The notes under the pieces are model-generated. The model was not told where the DNA came from. It made no database searches and saw nothing but the letters and a program-made list of their open reading frames with translations. Positions 28,565 through 37,117 of a stretch of 64,000 nt of DNA are shown here, piece after piece. Location of the stretch: positions 1,609,675 through 1,673,674 of the forward strand of contig JAOSJQ010000001.1 of assembly GCA_027494035.1 (NCBI GenBank), given 5' to 3'. A program made the translations under genes and the position numbers. This DNA comes from Anaerolineales bacterium (GTDB lineage Bacteria > Chloroflexota > Anaerolineae > Anaerolineales > UBA4823). Position 1 is the first letter of the stretch; each line of letters opens with the position of its first letter.

Positions 28565-28735
28565 ACGCCTGACCGGGCAAATAAATTAGCGCATTAATCA
28601 ATGCCTCAGGGGGATTCATTGCGCTGTTACGGCGGTTAGGCTATATAATTTGGGTATGCTGGGCGCTTGCGCCGCTGAGAAGCGAAGCTTATCGGCGCGC
28701 GAATTGGTTCAACTGTAAGAAAACCCGAGGGAAAA

Positions 28736-31066
28736 ATGAGCAACAGCATACCCACAACGGAAGATAAGGCTGGCGACCAGGAGCTTTCTCTGTGGTGGAG
28801 AAATGGCGTCATCCTGGTCATGATCTTTGGTTTCTCCGTCTTGATCTGGCTCTCCATCCGGGCGTACCGTGACGGTCCGCCCATCCCGGAGCGGGTGGTC
28901 GACGCGGCTGGCGCTACTGTTTTCACCGGCGCCGACGTGATGGACGGGCAGCACGTTTTCCTGCGCTACGGGCTGATGGAGAACGGCACGGTCTGGGGGC
29001 ACGGCGCGTACCTGGGTCCCGATTTCACCGCGGAGTATTTGCACACGCTGGCGCTCGACGCCCAAGAAGCCGCGGCGCAGCAAGGCTACCAGCGTAGTTG
29101 GAACAACCTGACCTCCACCGAGCAAGCAAAGGTGAGCGCCCAGGTGCAGCAAGCGCTCAAAGAAAACCGCTATGACCCCGCGACGCACGTCCTGACGTTC
29201 ACCGCGGCAGAGGCGGCTTCGTTTCAGAGCCAAATCCAGAAGTGGAGCGATTACTTTGCCGCCCCAACCAGCAGCGCCGGTCTGCCGCCCAAGTTCATCA
29301 GCGACCCAGAAGAACTGCGCCAGTTGACCGCCTTCTTCGCCTGGAGCGCCTGGGCTGCGAATGCCAACCGGCCCGGTCTGCCTTACTCCTACACCAACAA
29401 CTTTCCCTACGATCCCGCGGCTGGCAACACCCCGCCAACCGCCGCGCTGGTTTGGAGCGCCTTGAGCTTGATTGGCTTGCTCGGCGGCACGGCGGTGGTG
29501 CTGTTTGCCTTTGGCAGGTTCGACTATCTGGGCTGGCACGGAAAACATGAGCATGTCCACCCGCAAATGTTGCCCGGCGTCACCACCGACAGCCAGAAAG
29601 CCATGGTCAAATTCTTCGTGCTGGTCGCCCTGCTCTTTTTGATGCAGGTGTTCGTGGGCGCCGCGGTCGCCCACTACCGCGCCGACCCGGGCGCGTTTTA
29701 CGGCATCGATCTATCGCGCCTCCTGCCCAGCAACATCGTTCGCACCTGGCACTTGCAGCTCATGGTGTTCTGGATCGCCACCGCGTTCATCGCCGGGGCG
29801 CTGTTTCTGGCGCCGGCGCTGGCGGGCAAGGAGCCTGAGGGGCAGGTGAAGTGGATCAACCTGCTGTTTGGCGCCCTGATCGTCGTCACCGGCGGCAGCC
29901 TGCTCGGTGAAATCCTGGGCATCAACCAGCTCCTCGGTCAGCTCTGGTTCTGGCTGGGACATCAGGGTTGGGAGTATCTCGACCTGGGGCGCCTGTGGCA
30001 GGTGCTGCTGGTCATCGGGCTGCTAATCTGGCTTGTCCTGTTGAGCCGCAACATCGCGGCTGCCCGGCGCAACCCCGAACACCGCGAAATCGCCTCGCTC
30101 TTTTTGTACGCCGCCATCAGCATCCCCCTGTTCTACCTGCCCGCCATGTTTTTCGGCCGCGGCAGCACTTTCACCGTGGTGGATACCTGGCGCTTCTGGA
30201 TCATCCACCTGTGGGTCGAGGGCTTCTTCGAACTGTTCGCCACGGTGATGGTAGCGCTTATTTTCTACCTGCTGGGGATCGTGACGCGCCAGACGGCAGC
30301 CCGCGTCGTCTACCTGGACGCCATCCTTTACCTGGGAGGCGGCATCATCGGCACCGGTCATCACTGGTACTGGACCGGGCAGGCGAACATCTCGCTGGGG
30401 CTGAGCGCGGTCTTCTCGGCGTTGGAAGTCATCCCGCTCACCCTGCTGACGCTGGATGCCTGGGATTTTATCAAGCTGACGCGCGAAAAATGCGATATCT
30501 GTGGACAGTCAGTTTCCATCCCGCACAAATGGACCTTCTACTTCCTGATGGCGGTCGGTTTTTGGAACTTCGTCGGCGCGGGGGTGTTTGGCTTTCTGAT
30601 CAACCTGCCCATCGTAAGCTACTATGAGGTGGGCACCGTCCTCACGCCGAACCACGGGCACACCGCCATGATGGGCGTTTTCGGGATGCTGGCGATCGCG
30701 CTGCTGGTTTTCGTCCTGCGGCAGGCGTCGTCCGAGGCGCAATGGGCGCGCACCGAAAAGTTCGTGCGGGTTTCCTTCTGGGGGCTGAACGCCGGGCTGG
30801 CGCTGATGGTGCTCACCAACCTGTTCCCGGGCGGGGTGCTGCAACTCATCGACGCCGTGAAGAACGGCTACTGGCACGCCCGCAGCGCAGCCTTCCTGGG
30901 GGTCGGGATGATGAAATGGATCGAATGGGCGCGTTTGCCGGCAGACCTGATTTTCATCTTCTTGGGCGTCGTGCCCATCGCGATCGCCGCCGGACTGACG
31001 TACCTGAACATGCGGAAATCGAAAGGGGATGCGACGTATGGCTTGCAGCCGACCCCGAACGCGTAG
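28736..31066 (+). CDS. norZ: Quinol-dependent nitric oxide reductase (qNOR, NorZ/NorB-long)
   Basis: 776 aa. N-terminal TM plus periplasmic extension (GHGAYLGPDFTAEYLH), then a heme-copper oxidase core with IGTGHHWYWTG and NHGHTAMMGVFG. Confidence 0.9.
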   Translation: MSNSIPTTEDKAGDQELSLWWRNGVILVMIFGFSVLIWLSIRAYRDGPPIPERVVDAAGATVFTGADVMDGQHVFLRYGLMENGTVWGHGAYLGPDFTAEYLHTLALDAQEAAAQQGYQRSWNNLTSTEQAKVSAQVQQALKENRYDPATHVLTFTAAEAASFQSQIQKWSDYFAAPTSSAGLPPKFISDPEELRQLTAFFAWSAWAANANRPGLPYSYTNNFPYDPAAGNTPPTAALVWSALSLIGLLGGTAVVLFAFGRFDYLGWHGKHEHVHPQMLPGVTTDSQKAMVKFFVLVALLFLMQVFVGAAVAHYRADPGAFYGIDLSRLLPSNIVRTWHLQLMVFWIATAFIAGALFLAPALAGKEPEGQVKWINLLFGALIVVTGGSLLGEILGINQLLGQLWFWLGHQGWEYLDLGRLWQVLLVIGLLIWLVLLSRNIAAARRNPEHREIASLFLYAAISIPLFYLPAMFFGRGSTFTVVDTWRFWIIHLWVEGFFELFATVMVALIFYLLGIVTRQTAARVVYLDAILYLGGGIIGTGHHWYWTGQANISLGLSAVFSALEVIPLTLLTLDAWDFIKLTREKCDICGQSVSIPHKWTFYFLMAVGFWNFVGAGVFGFLINLPIVSYYEVGTVLTPNHGHTAMMGVFGMLAIALLVFVLRQASSEAQWARTEKFVRVSFWGLNAGLALMVLTNLFPGGVLQLIDAVKNGYWHARSAAFLGVGMMKWIEWARLPADLIFIFLGVVPIAIAAGLTYLNMRKSKGDATYGLQPTPNA

Positions 31067-31118
31067 ACCGCGGTGTGATCGGTGGATGGGGTGGTTCGTC
31101 CCGAGGAGGCGTTAAAAG

Positions 31119-31190
31119 TGGGCCCGGCAGGATTCGAACCTGCGACCAAGCGGTTATGAGCCGCGCGCTCTGCCGCTGAGCTACGGCCCC
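31119..31190 (-). tRNA. tRNA-Met (anticodon CAT; could be tRNA-Ile2 if lysidinylated)
   Basis: Hand-folded: GGGGCCG-TA-GCTC..GAGC-anticodon arm CGCGG/CTCATAA/CCGCT-T arm GCAGG TTCGAAT CCTGC-CGGGCCC-A. One G:G acceptor mismatch; no encoded CCA. Confidence 0.8.
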
Positions 31191-31237
31191 CGGCGATGTG
31201 CGGCGCCCTCCTGGTGGAAAGCCGAAAGGCGCATCAG

Positions 31238-31309
31238 AGCGGGCGACCGGATTCGAACCGGCGAATGTCAGCTTGGAAGGCTGATGCCTTACCACTTGGC
31301 GACGCCCGC
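31238..31309 (-). tRNA. tRNA-Gly (anticodon TCC)
   Basis: Hand-folded: acceptor GCGGGCG/CGCCCGC, anticodon arm TCAGC-CTTCCAA-GCTGA, T arm GCCGG TTCGAAT CCGGT. Confidence 0.8.
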
Positions 31310-31450
31310 ATCCCCTTGCCCTAAGGCACGAGGAATTTTACCATCATTTCCGGCAGATCATAACGATATATAGCGCTCCAACCTCGGGCGCCGGGAACGA
31401 AAGCCGATGCGGACGCGGCTGCGCCGCGAAATCCAATTATAATAATCAAT

Positions 31451-32773
31451 ATGAAACGACTTCTCAAATGGGCGCTTTGTCTGATCGTCCTCGGGCTGGG
31501 GCTGGCGGCGCTGCAGCCCGCGGCTGCGCAGGGAGAGGGGCGGCTGGTGATCGTGCTGAAGGCGGACGACCCGGTTGCGCCGTCGATGGCGGCTTATCTG
31601 GAGCGCGGCTTGAAGCGCGCCGAGGCGCTAGACGCCGAACTGGTGATCCTGGAGCTTAACACGCCCGGGGGCTCGGTGACCACGATGAACCGGATCGTGC
31701 AGGCGATCCGCGCCAGCCGCGTGCCGGTGGTGGTGTACGTGAGCCCGCGCGGCGCCATGGCGGGCAGCGCCGGGACGCTGATCGTGCTCGCCGGGCACGC
31801 CGCGGCGATGGCGCCCGAAACGACCATCGGGGCAGCCAGCCCGGTCGGCGGGCAGGGCGAAGACCTGGGCGAGACCATGCAAGCCAAAGAGAAAAATATC
31901 CTCAAGGCGACCGTGCGGGCGCTGGCAAAAGACCGCGGCGAACGCGCGGTCCATCTGGCTGAACAGACGATCGAATCGGCGGAAGCTGCCTCAGCCGACG
32001 AAGCGCTGCAAGCCGGGATGATCGACTACATCGCGGCGGACGTGAACGACCTGCTGCGCCAACTCGACCAGCAAACCGTCAAAGTGCACGGCGAAACGCG
32101 CGTGCTCGTGACTGACGGGGCGCGCCTGGCGACGGTCGAACAGACCTTCATCGAAAAACTGCTGGCGGTGCTGACCAACCCTGCCATCGTTTTCCTGCTG
32201 CTCACGGTTGGGGTGCAGGCGATCCTGATCGAGATCTCCAGCCCGGGGGGTTGGGTGGCGGGCACGATCGGGGTTGTGTGCCTGGCGCTGGCGGCTTACG
32301 GGCTGGGCGTGCTGCCGGTCAACTGGTTTGGGGTGGTCTTCCTGGCGCTGGCGTTTGTGTTGTTCATCCTGGAGATCAAGTCACCGGTGCATGGGGCGCT
32401 CACGGCGACGGGCGTGATTGCGCTGATCGTCGGGGCGCTGGTGATGTTTAACTCGCCCAACGTGCCAGCCTTTGTGCGCGTGCCGCTGCCGCTGATCGTT
32501 GGCACGTCGCTGGCAACCGGAGCGCTCTTCTTTGGGGTGATGATCTTTGCCGTGCGGGCGCAGCGCGCGCCCGTGCGCATGGGCGCCAGCAGCCTGATCG
32601 GACGGGTCGGGATCGCGCGCGGCAAGATCAACCCCTACGGGCGGGTGCAATTGGGCGGCGAGTTGTGGACTGCCGAACTGGCGGAGGGCGAAGAGCCGCT
32701 GCAAGGGGGCGAAAAAGTGCAGGTGGTGCAGGTGGAAGGGCTCCGGCTGCGGATCAAGCGCGCCGGCAAATAG
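31451..32773 (+). CDS. NfeD-like membrane-bound ClpP-class serine protease
   Basis: Signal peptide, ClpP-like domain (LELNTPGGSV...RGAMAGSAGTLI), 4 TM, and a C-terminal NfeD OB-fold (VQLGGELWTAELAEGE...VQVVQVEGLRLRI). Confidence 0.8.
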   Translation: MKRLLKWALCLIVLGLGLAALQPAAAQGEGRLVIVLKADDPVAPSMAAYLERGLKRAEALDAELVILELNTPGGSVTTMNRIVQAIRASRVPVVVYVSPRGAMAGSAGTLIVLAGHAAAMAPETTIGAASPVGGQGEDLGETMQAKEKNILKATVRALAKDRGERAVHLAEQTIESAEAASADEALQAGMIDYIAADVNDLLRQLDQQTVKVHGETRVLVTDGARLATVEQTFIEKLLAVLTNPAIVFLLLTVGVQAILIEISSPGGWVAGTIGVVCLALAAYGLGVLPVNWFGVVFLALAFVLFILEIKSPVHGALTATGVIALIVGALVMFNSPNVPAFVRVPLPLIVGTSLATGALFFGVMIFAVRAQRAPVRMGASSLIGRVGIARGKINPYGRVQLGGELWTAELAEGEEPLQGGEKVQVVQVEGLRLRIKRAGK

Positions 32774-32794
32774 GCGCGTACGCGGCAAAACGGG

Positions 32795-33604
32795 ATGCGC
32801 ACAACCGCCTACCGCTACCCAAGCGAACATCTCATCCTGGCGATCACCATACTGCTGGTGCTGGCGGTGATCGCGCTGACGGCGACCGCCACCGTGTGCG
32901 CCAGCGTGATATTTGTTCTGGCATTTGTGGCGCTGGCGTACCAGATGGGGCTGGCGCACCACCGGCAACTCGTCCGCAGCGCGCGCCGCGTGGAGGCGCA
33001 AGGGATGCCCGAACTGGCAGAACTGGCGCGCGCCGGGGTGGAGCGGCTGCAACCCGGGGCAGTGGAAGTGTACCTGCTGCCCAGCCGCGAACTGAACGCC
33101 TATACGTTTGGGCTGAGCGAACCGAAAGTGGTGGTACTCTACACCGCGCTGTTCAAGGTGATGGACGCGGACGAGATGCTGTTCATCATCGGACACGAAC
33201 TGGGGCATGCGGCGCTGGGGCACACCTGGCTCAACTCGCTGGTTGGCGGGCTGGCGGGGGTGCCAAGCCCGTTCTCAGCCGCGGCGCTGCTGACGCTGGC
33301 TTTTCTGTGGTGGAACCGCGCCTGCGAATACTCCGCCGACCGGGCGGGACTGCTGGCGTGCGGCAAGCCGGACAAAGCGGTCTCGGCGCTGGTCAAATTG
33401 GGGGCTGGGCTGCAGGCGCTCGACCGCAACGCGCTGGAGGCGGCTTACCGCAGGATCGACGCGGAAGACGACCAGCTCCTGAGCGGGCTCAATGAAGCGC
33501 TTGGCTCTCACCCAATGCTGATCCGGCGGATCGAAAAACTGCGCGCGTACGCGGCGTCGGCTCAATACCAGCGGCTGAAAGCCCAACTTGAACGCCGGCG
33601 CTGA
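32795..33604 (+). CDS. M48-family Zn metallopeptidase (HtpX-like)
   Basis: N-terminal TM helices and HELGHAALGH (HExxH). Confidence 0.8.
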   Translation: MRTTAYRYPSEHLILAITILLVLAVIALTATATVCASVIFVLAFVALAYQMGLAHHRQLVRSARRVEAQGMPELAELARAGVERLQPGAVEVYLLPSRELNAYTFGLSEPKVVVLYTALFKVMDADEMLFIIGHELGHAALGHTWLNSLVGGLAGVPSPFSAAALLTLAFLWWNRACEYSADRAGLLACGKPDKAVSALVKLGAGLQALDRNALEAAYRRIDAEDDQLLSGLNEALGSHPMLIRRIEKLRAYAASAQYQRLKAQLERRR

Positions 33605-33759
33605 CTGTCCAGGACGCGCAAGCAGACCGGACGAGCGGGTGAGCGCAGCGCGAATCACGTCATTCGTCGTATTGTCACGCAGAAATAATGAATTAAAATA
33701 CCGGATGAGGTCAGTCCATTATTCAACGACCACAACAACCAGAGAAAAGGAGAATTAAC

Positions 33760-33960
33760 ATGTACGTACGCACAGATATGAAATCTGGTGCTGCTTGCTA
33801 CACCGTCCAATCTGGGGACAACCTGAGCAGCATCTCGCAGAAATTCTTCGGCGACATGGGTGCAAACAATGTCAACCGGATCTATTTCTCTAACCTGAAC
33901 ACGATCGGCCCGAACCCGAACCTGATCTTCCCCGGGCAGAAACTGTACATCCCGAGTTAA
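33760..33960 (+). CDS. Small LysM-domain protein; member 1 of the VRTDxKSG small-ORF cluster
   Basis: AAGGAG SD. MYVRTDMKSGAACYTVQSGDNLSSISQKFFG...IFPGQKLYIP is a LysM fold directly after the shared N-terminal box. Confidence 0.7.
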   Translation: MYVRTDMKSGAACYTVQSGDNLSSISQKFFGDMGANNVNRIYFSNLNTIGPNPNLIFPGQKLYIPS

Positions 33961-34019
33961 TCTCTGGGAATCGGGACGGGTTTCATGCAACCAGAACCCT
34001 CTCGAAGGAGAATAGATCA

Positions 34020-34262
34020 ATGCGAAACGAACAATATGTTCCTCAATTGACCGTTCGCTCGGACGTGAAGAGCGGACAGGGCGGCGGGTTTGTAAATGGG
34101 GTGTGGTACCCGGACATGAGCGGCGTATGCGGCGGCGCAACCACTCCTCCGACAACCCCTCCTACGACTCCTCCAACCACCCCTCCAACCACTCCTCCCA
34201 TAAGCGGAGGCGGATGGGTGGGCGGCGTCTGGTATGCAGACCGAAGCGGTATTTGCGGTTAG
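34020..34262 (+). CDS. Small Gly/Trp-rich protein, cluster member 2 (two GGGxVxGVWYxDxSGxCG modules joined by (TTPP)5)
   Basis: AAGGAG SD. MRNEQYVPQLTVRSDVKSGQ-GGGFVNGVWYPDMSGVCGG-ATTPPTTPPTTPPTTPPTTPPIS-GGGWVGGVWYADRSGICG*. Confidence 0.6.
   Translation: MRNEQYVPQLTVRSDVKSGQGGGFVNGVWYPDMSGVCGGATTPPTTPPTTPPTTPPTTPPISGGGWVGGVWYADRSGICG
34140..34199 (+). repeat. Five tandem 12-nt units encoding (TTPP)5
   Basis: acc act cct ccg / aca acc cct cct / acg act cct cca / acc acc cct cca / acc act cct ccc. Confidence 0.9.
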
Positions 34263-34294
34263 CCAATCCTGGCTGACAGAAGGAGCACAAACGG

Positions 34295-34475
34295 ATGATA
34301 ACCAATTCCCCGGATCGATTCTGAGGTAACCAAGCCGCAGCGTGTCTCCCAACTGAAGGTGCGTTGCGATGTGCGCGCTGGGGAAGATCTGACAACTTGT
34401 CAGTGGAACCTAAACAAGTGGCGCGAGCGCTACTTCCAAGCTTTCAACGAAGCCAAGCGGCGCGGGTGCATCTGA
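34295..34475 (+). CDS. Small Cys-pair helical protein, cluster member 3 (needs a 1-nt correction in a C4 run)
   Basis: AGGAG SD 9 nt before the ATG. Dropping one C at 34308-34311 gives MITNSRIDSEVTKPQRVSQLKVRCDVRAGEDLTTCQWNLNKWRERYFQAFNEAKRRGCI*. An uncorrected alternative is a GTG start giving a 38-aa product. Confidence 0.4.
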
Positions 34476-34488
34476 GAGGAAGGGTGAA

Positions 34489-34706
34489 ATGAAAACACGA
34501 ACCAATCTTCGCGCCGGCGACGCGTTGCAGACCTGCAAACAGCAAAAAGAGAGCTGGAAGAGCAAAGCTGAAAATATGCAGCGGATTCTGGCAAATTGCC
34601 GACCGATCGTCAACCCACCCCGGACCCCACCCCCAACCCGCCTTCTGCAGGCGGCGGCTGGGTGGGCGGCGTCTGGTATGCAGACCGAAGCGGAATTTGC
34701 GGCTAG
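34489..34706 (+). CDS. Small protein, cluster member 4 (Cys-pair helix + P/T linker + GGGWVGGVWYADRSGICG module; needs a 1-nt correction in a C run)
   Basis: GAGGAAGG SD. Adding one C at 34614-34621 gives MKTRTNLRAGDALQTCKQQKESWKSKAENMQRILANCRPIVNPTPDPTPNPPSAGGGWVGGVWYADRSGICG*. Confidence 0.5.
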
Positions 34707-34753
34707 ACCGTTTGATCTGACGCAAACTGTCGCGAACCAATAAGGAGTACAAC

Positions 34754-34930
34754 ATGAAAGTTGAAACCGGCATCAAATCTGGTGCGTTTGCGCAGGACGC
34801 AGCTCAGGTAGTTGGAGATGTCGCCGGTCAGGTGGCAGATTTCATCACGAACGCCAACCAGCAGGCGGCGGACCTGAGCAATACCGTGATCAACAAGTCA
34901 ACCGCGGTCTGGAACGCACTGGTAAGCTAA
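34754..34930 (+). CDS. Small protein, cluster member 5 (58 aa, below the ORF-track cutoff)
   Basis: AAGGAG SD. MKVETGIKSGAFAQDAAQVVGDVAGQVADFITNANQQAADLSNTVINKSTAVWNALVS*. Confidence 0.5.
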   Translation: MKVETGIKSGAFAQDAAQVVGDVAGQVADFITNANQQAADLSNTVINKSTAVWNALVS

Positions 34931-35108
34931 CCAGGACCAGCCAATTCGGGTCCTGTTTCACTCTCAACCAAAACGGAGCGCGCCTTGTGGGGGCGCCCCG
35001 TTTTAGTTTAACCCCGGCTGGGTGAGCAGGGAGTTGAGGCGGGCGATGATTCAAGGTACAATCAGCCCTGTTAGCGGTAAATACCCACTGGATTGTGAGG
35101 AAAAATCT

Positions 35109-36060
35109 ATGTCATTTACACCGACGCGCGATCGTGTCAGGTCAGATGAAATTGATACCACACCCAAGCGGCGCCCTGAATGGATCAAAGTCCGCGCCCC
35201 GTCTGGAGAGACCTACGAATGGCTGCAGGGGCTGATGCGCAGCAAAGCCCTGCACACGGTGTGCGAGGAAGCCCTGTGCCCGAACATGGGCGAGTGCTGG
35301 GGCTCCGGGACGGCGACATTTTTAATGTTGGGCGACATCTGCACGCGCACCTGCGGCTTCTGCGATATCAAACGCGGCCACCCGGCGGCGCTGGATTGGA
35401 TGGAACCGGAACGCGTCGCTCAGGCGGTGCGGGCGATGAAATTGAAGCACGCGGTGATCACCAGTGTCAACCGCGACGACCGGGCGGACGGGGGCGCGCC
35501 GATCTTTGCGATGGTGATCCAGCGCATCCGTGAGATTCATCCAGGGTGCTCGATCGAGGTGCTGATCCCCGATTTCAAAGGCAGCCTGGAGGCGCTGAAA
35601 ATCGTGATGGATGCCCGACCCGAAATCTTGAACCACAATGTAGAGACGGTACCGCGCCTGTTCAAGCGCGTCCAGCCGCAGGACCGCTACGAGTGGGCAG
35701 CCGCCACGCTCAGCCATGCCAAGAAACTCGACCCCGAAGTGCTGACCAAGTCCGGGGATTATGCTGGGGCTGGGCGAGACTCTGAATGAAGTGCGCCAGG
35801 TGATGCGTGATCAACGCGAGTGGGGTGTGGACATCCTGACGCTGGGGCAATACCTGCAGCCGAGCAAGCGTCATTTGCCAATCGAACGCTACTATACCCC
35901 GCAGGAATTTGCCGAGCTCAAGGAATTTGGGCTTTCGATCGGCTTCCGCTGGGTGGAAAGCGGGCCGCTGGTGCGCTCGTCTTACCACGCCGCGGAACAG
36001 GTGCGCGCCCTGAGCACAGTGCATCGTCAGCTTTACGGCTCGCAGCCAGCGGGCGCCTGA
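35109..36060 (+). CDS. lipA: Lipoyl synthase; frameshift at a G4 run
   Basis: [13 protein letters not shown] and radical-SAM CTRTCGFCD. ORFs 35022..35789 and 35761..36060 join if one G is dropped at 35754-35757 (...LTKSG|[12 protein letters not shown]...). Confidence 0.9.
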
Positions 36061-36076
36061 AGCGCGGGAGGCAGAC

Positions 36077-37090
36077 TTGAAAAACTGGTCGATCACAGCC
36101 GCTAGGCTGGGGTTGATTGGGCTGTTGTTGAGCGCCTGCGGAGGGGGGCGCAGCGCCGACCAAAGCGACACCCCTGCGCCGGAGGCAATCTTCACTTCCG
36201 CCGCACAGACCGCCGAAGCCCGGCGGATGGAGCGGTTTTCGCAAACAGCTACCCTGGCGCCCGAGGCGCTGATCGAGACTTCGGCGTTTGAAGCGCCCAC
36301 TCAAACGCCGCCGTCGATCCAGGTCAGCCCGAGCGCCGCGTTCACCGCGACTGCGCCGGCGGCTGCACAACCCGCCAGCGGGGGCGACCGGGGCGAATTC
36401 ATGGCGGACGTCACCGTCCCGGACGAGACGGTTTTCGAGCCAAACCTGCCGTTCCAAAAAACCTGGCGGATCAAGAACAGCGGTCAAACCACCTGGACGA
36501 CCGAATACATGCTGGTTTTCATCGACGGGGACCTGATGGGCGCCGAACCTGCGATCCCGCTGCCCGAGGTGGTGGAGCCGGGAGAAAATACTGAGATCAC
36601 GGTTGAGATGGTTTCGCCGCCCAACCCGGGCAAGTATCGCGGTTACTGGAAAATGCGCAACGCGGCGGGTCAGGTGTTTGGCTTTGGGTCGAATGCGGAT
36701 GAGGCGATCTGGGCGGATATTATCGTGGAAGGCGAGCCCGCCGCGGCGAGCATAACGCGCGCTCCCGCCGCCACCAGGGCGATTACGACGATCAGCCTGG
36801 ACGTCGACGAAGCTCAGGTGAGCGGGATCTGTCCGCACAGCTTCCGGTTTGTCGCCCGGATCAACTTGAACCAGCCCGCCACGCTGGTCTATGCCCTCGA
36901 GGTGGGTTCGAAATCCGGGGCGGACATTCGCGCGCCGCTGCCGGCAAAGCAAAACCTGGGCGCGGGAGAGCACTCGATCGTATACGAGTTGAGCGTACCG
37001 GGGGACGTGACTGCCTGGGCGCGCCTGCACGTCAGCCAACCCGAAGAAGCGTTTTCGAACCAGGTGGATTTCTCTTTGATCTGTACCTGA
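36077..37090 (+). CDS. Lipoprotein with NBR1-like Ig domain(s)
   Basis: Lipobox LLSACGG. VPDETVFEPNLPFQKTWRIKNSGQTTW...GENTEITVEMVSPPNPGKYRGYWKMRNAAGQVFG matches the Nbr1-FW/Ig-like pattern. Confidence 0.55.
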   Translation: MKNWSITAARLGLIGLLLSACGGGRSADQSDTPAPEAIFTSAAQTAEARRMERFSQTATLAPEALIETSAFEAPTQTPPSIQVSPSAAFTATAPAAAQPASGGDRGEFMADVTVPDETVFEPNLPFQKTWRIKNSGQTTWTTEYMLVFIDGDLMGAEPAIPLPEVVEPGENTEITVEMVSPPNPGKYRGYWKMRNAAGQVFGFGSNADEAIWADIIVEGEPAAASITRAPAATRAITTISLDVDEAQVSGICPHSFRFVARINLNQPATLVYALEVGSKSGADIRAPLPAKQNLGAGEHSIVYELSVPGDVTAWARLHVSQPEEAFSNQVDFSLICT

Positions 37091-37117
37091 TGTCCGCTCA
37101 GCCAGCTCTTCACACAA

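Noticed and set aside
28585-28604. A possible FNR box upstream of norZ (ttagcgcattaatcaa).
   Set aside because: Only the right half-site ATCAA fits; the left half does not match TTGAT. I report it instead as an unrelated palindrome.
28709-29674. Long antisense or overlapping ORFs: 28709..29674 (-), 35918..37261 (-), 52529..54025 (+), 32381..33223 (-), 38202..39017 (-), 39916..40647 (-), 40702..41343 (-), 46719..47679 (-), 9083..9712 (+), 14074..14934 (+), and others.
   Set aside because: Each lies opposite or out of frame to a gene with strong family motifs (norZ, lipA and lipoprotein, vanW, nfeD, the C39-like genes, dgkA, nirK). Their translations are Arg/Pro/Gly/Ala-rich low-complexity sequence, typical of shadow ORFs in high-GC DNA.
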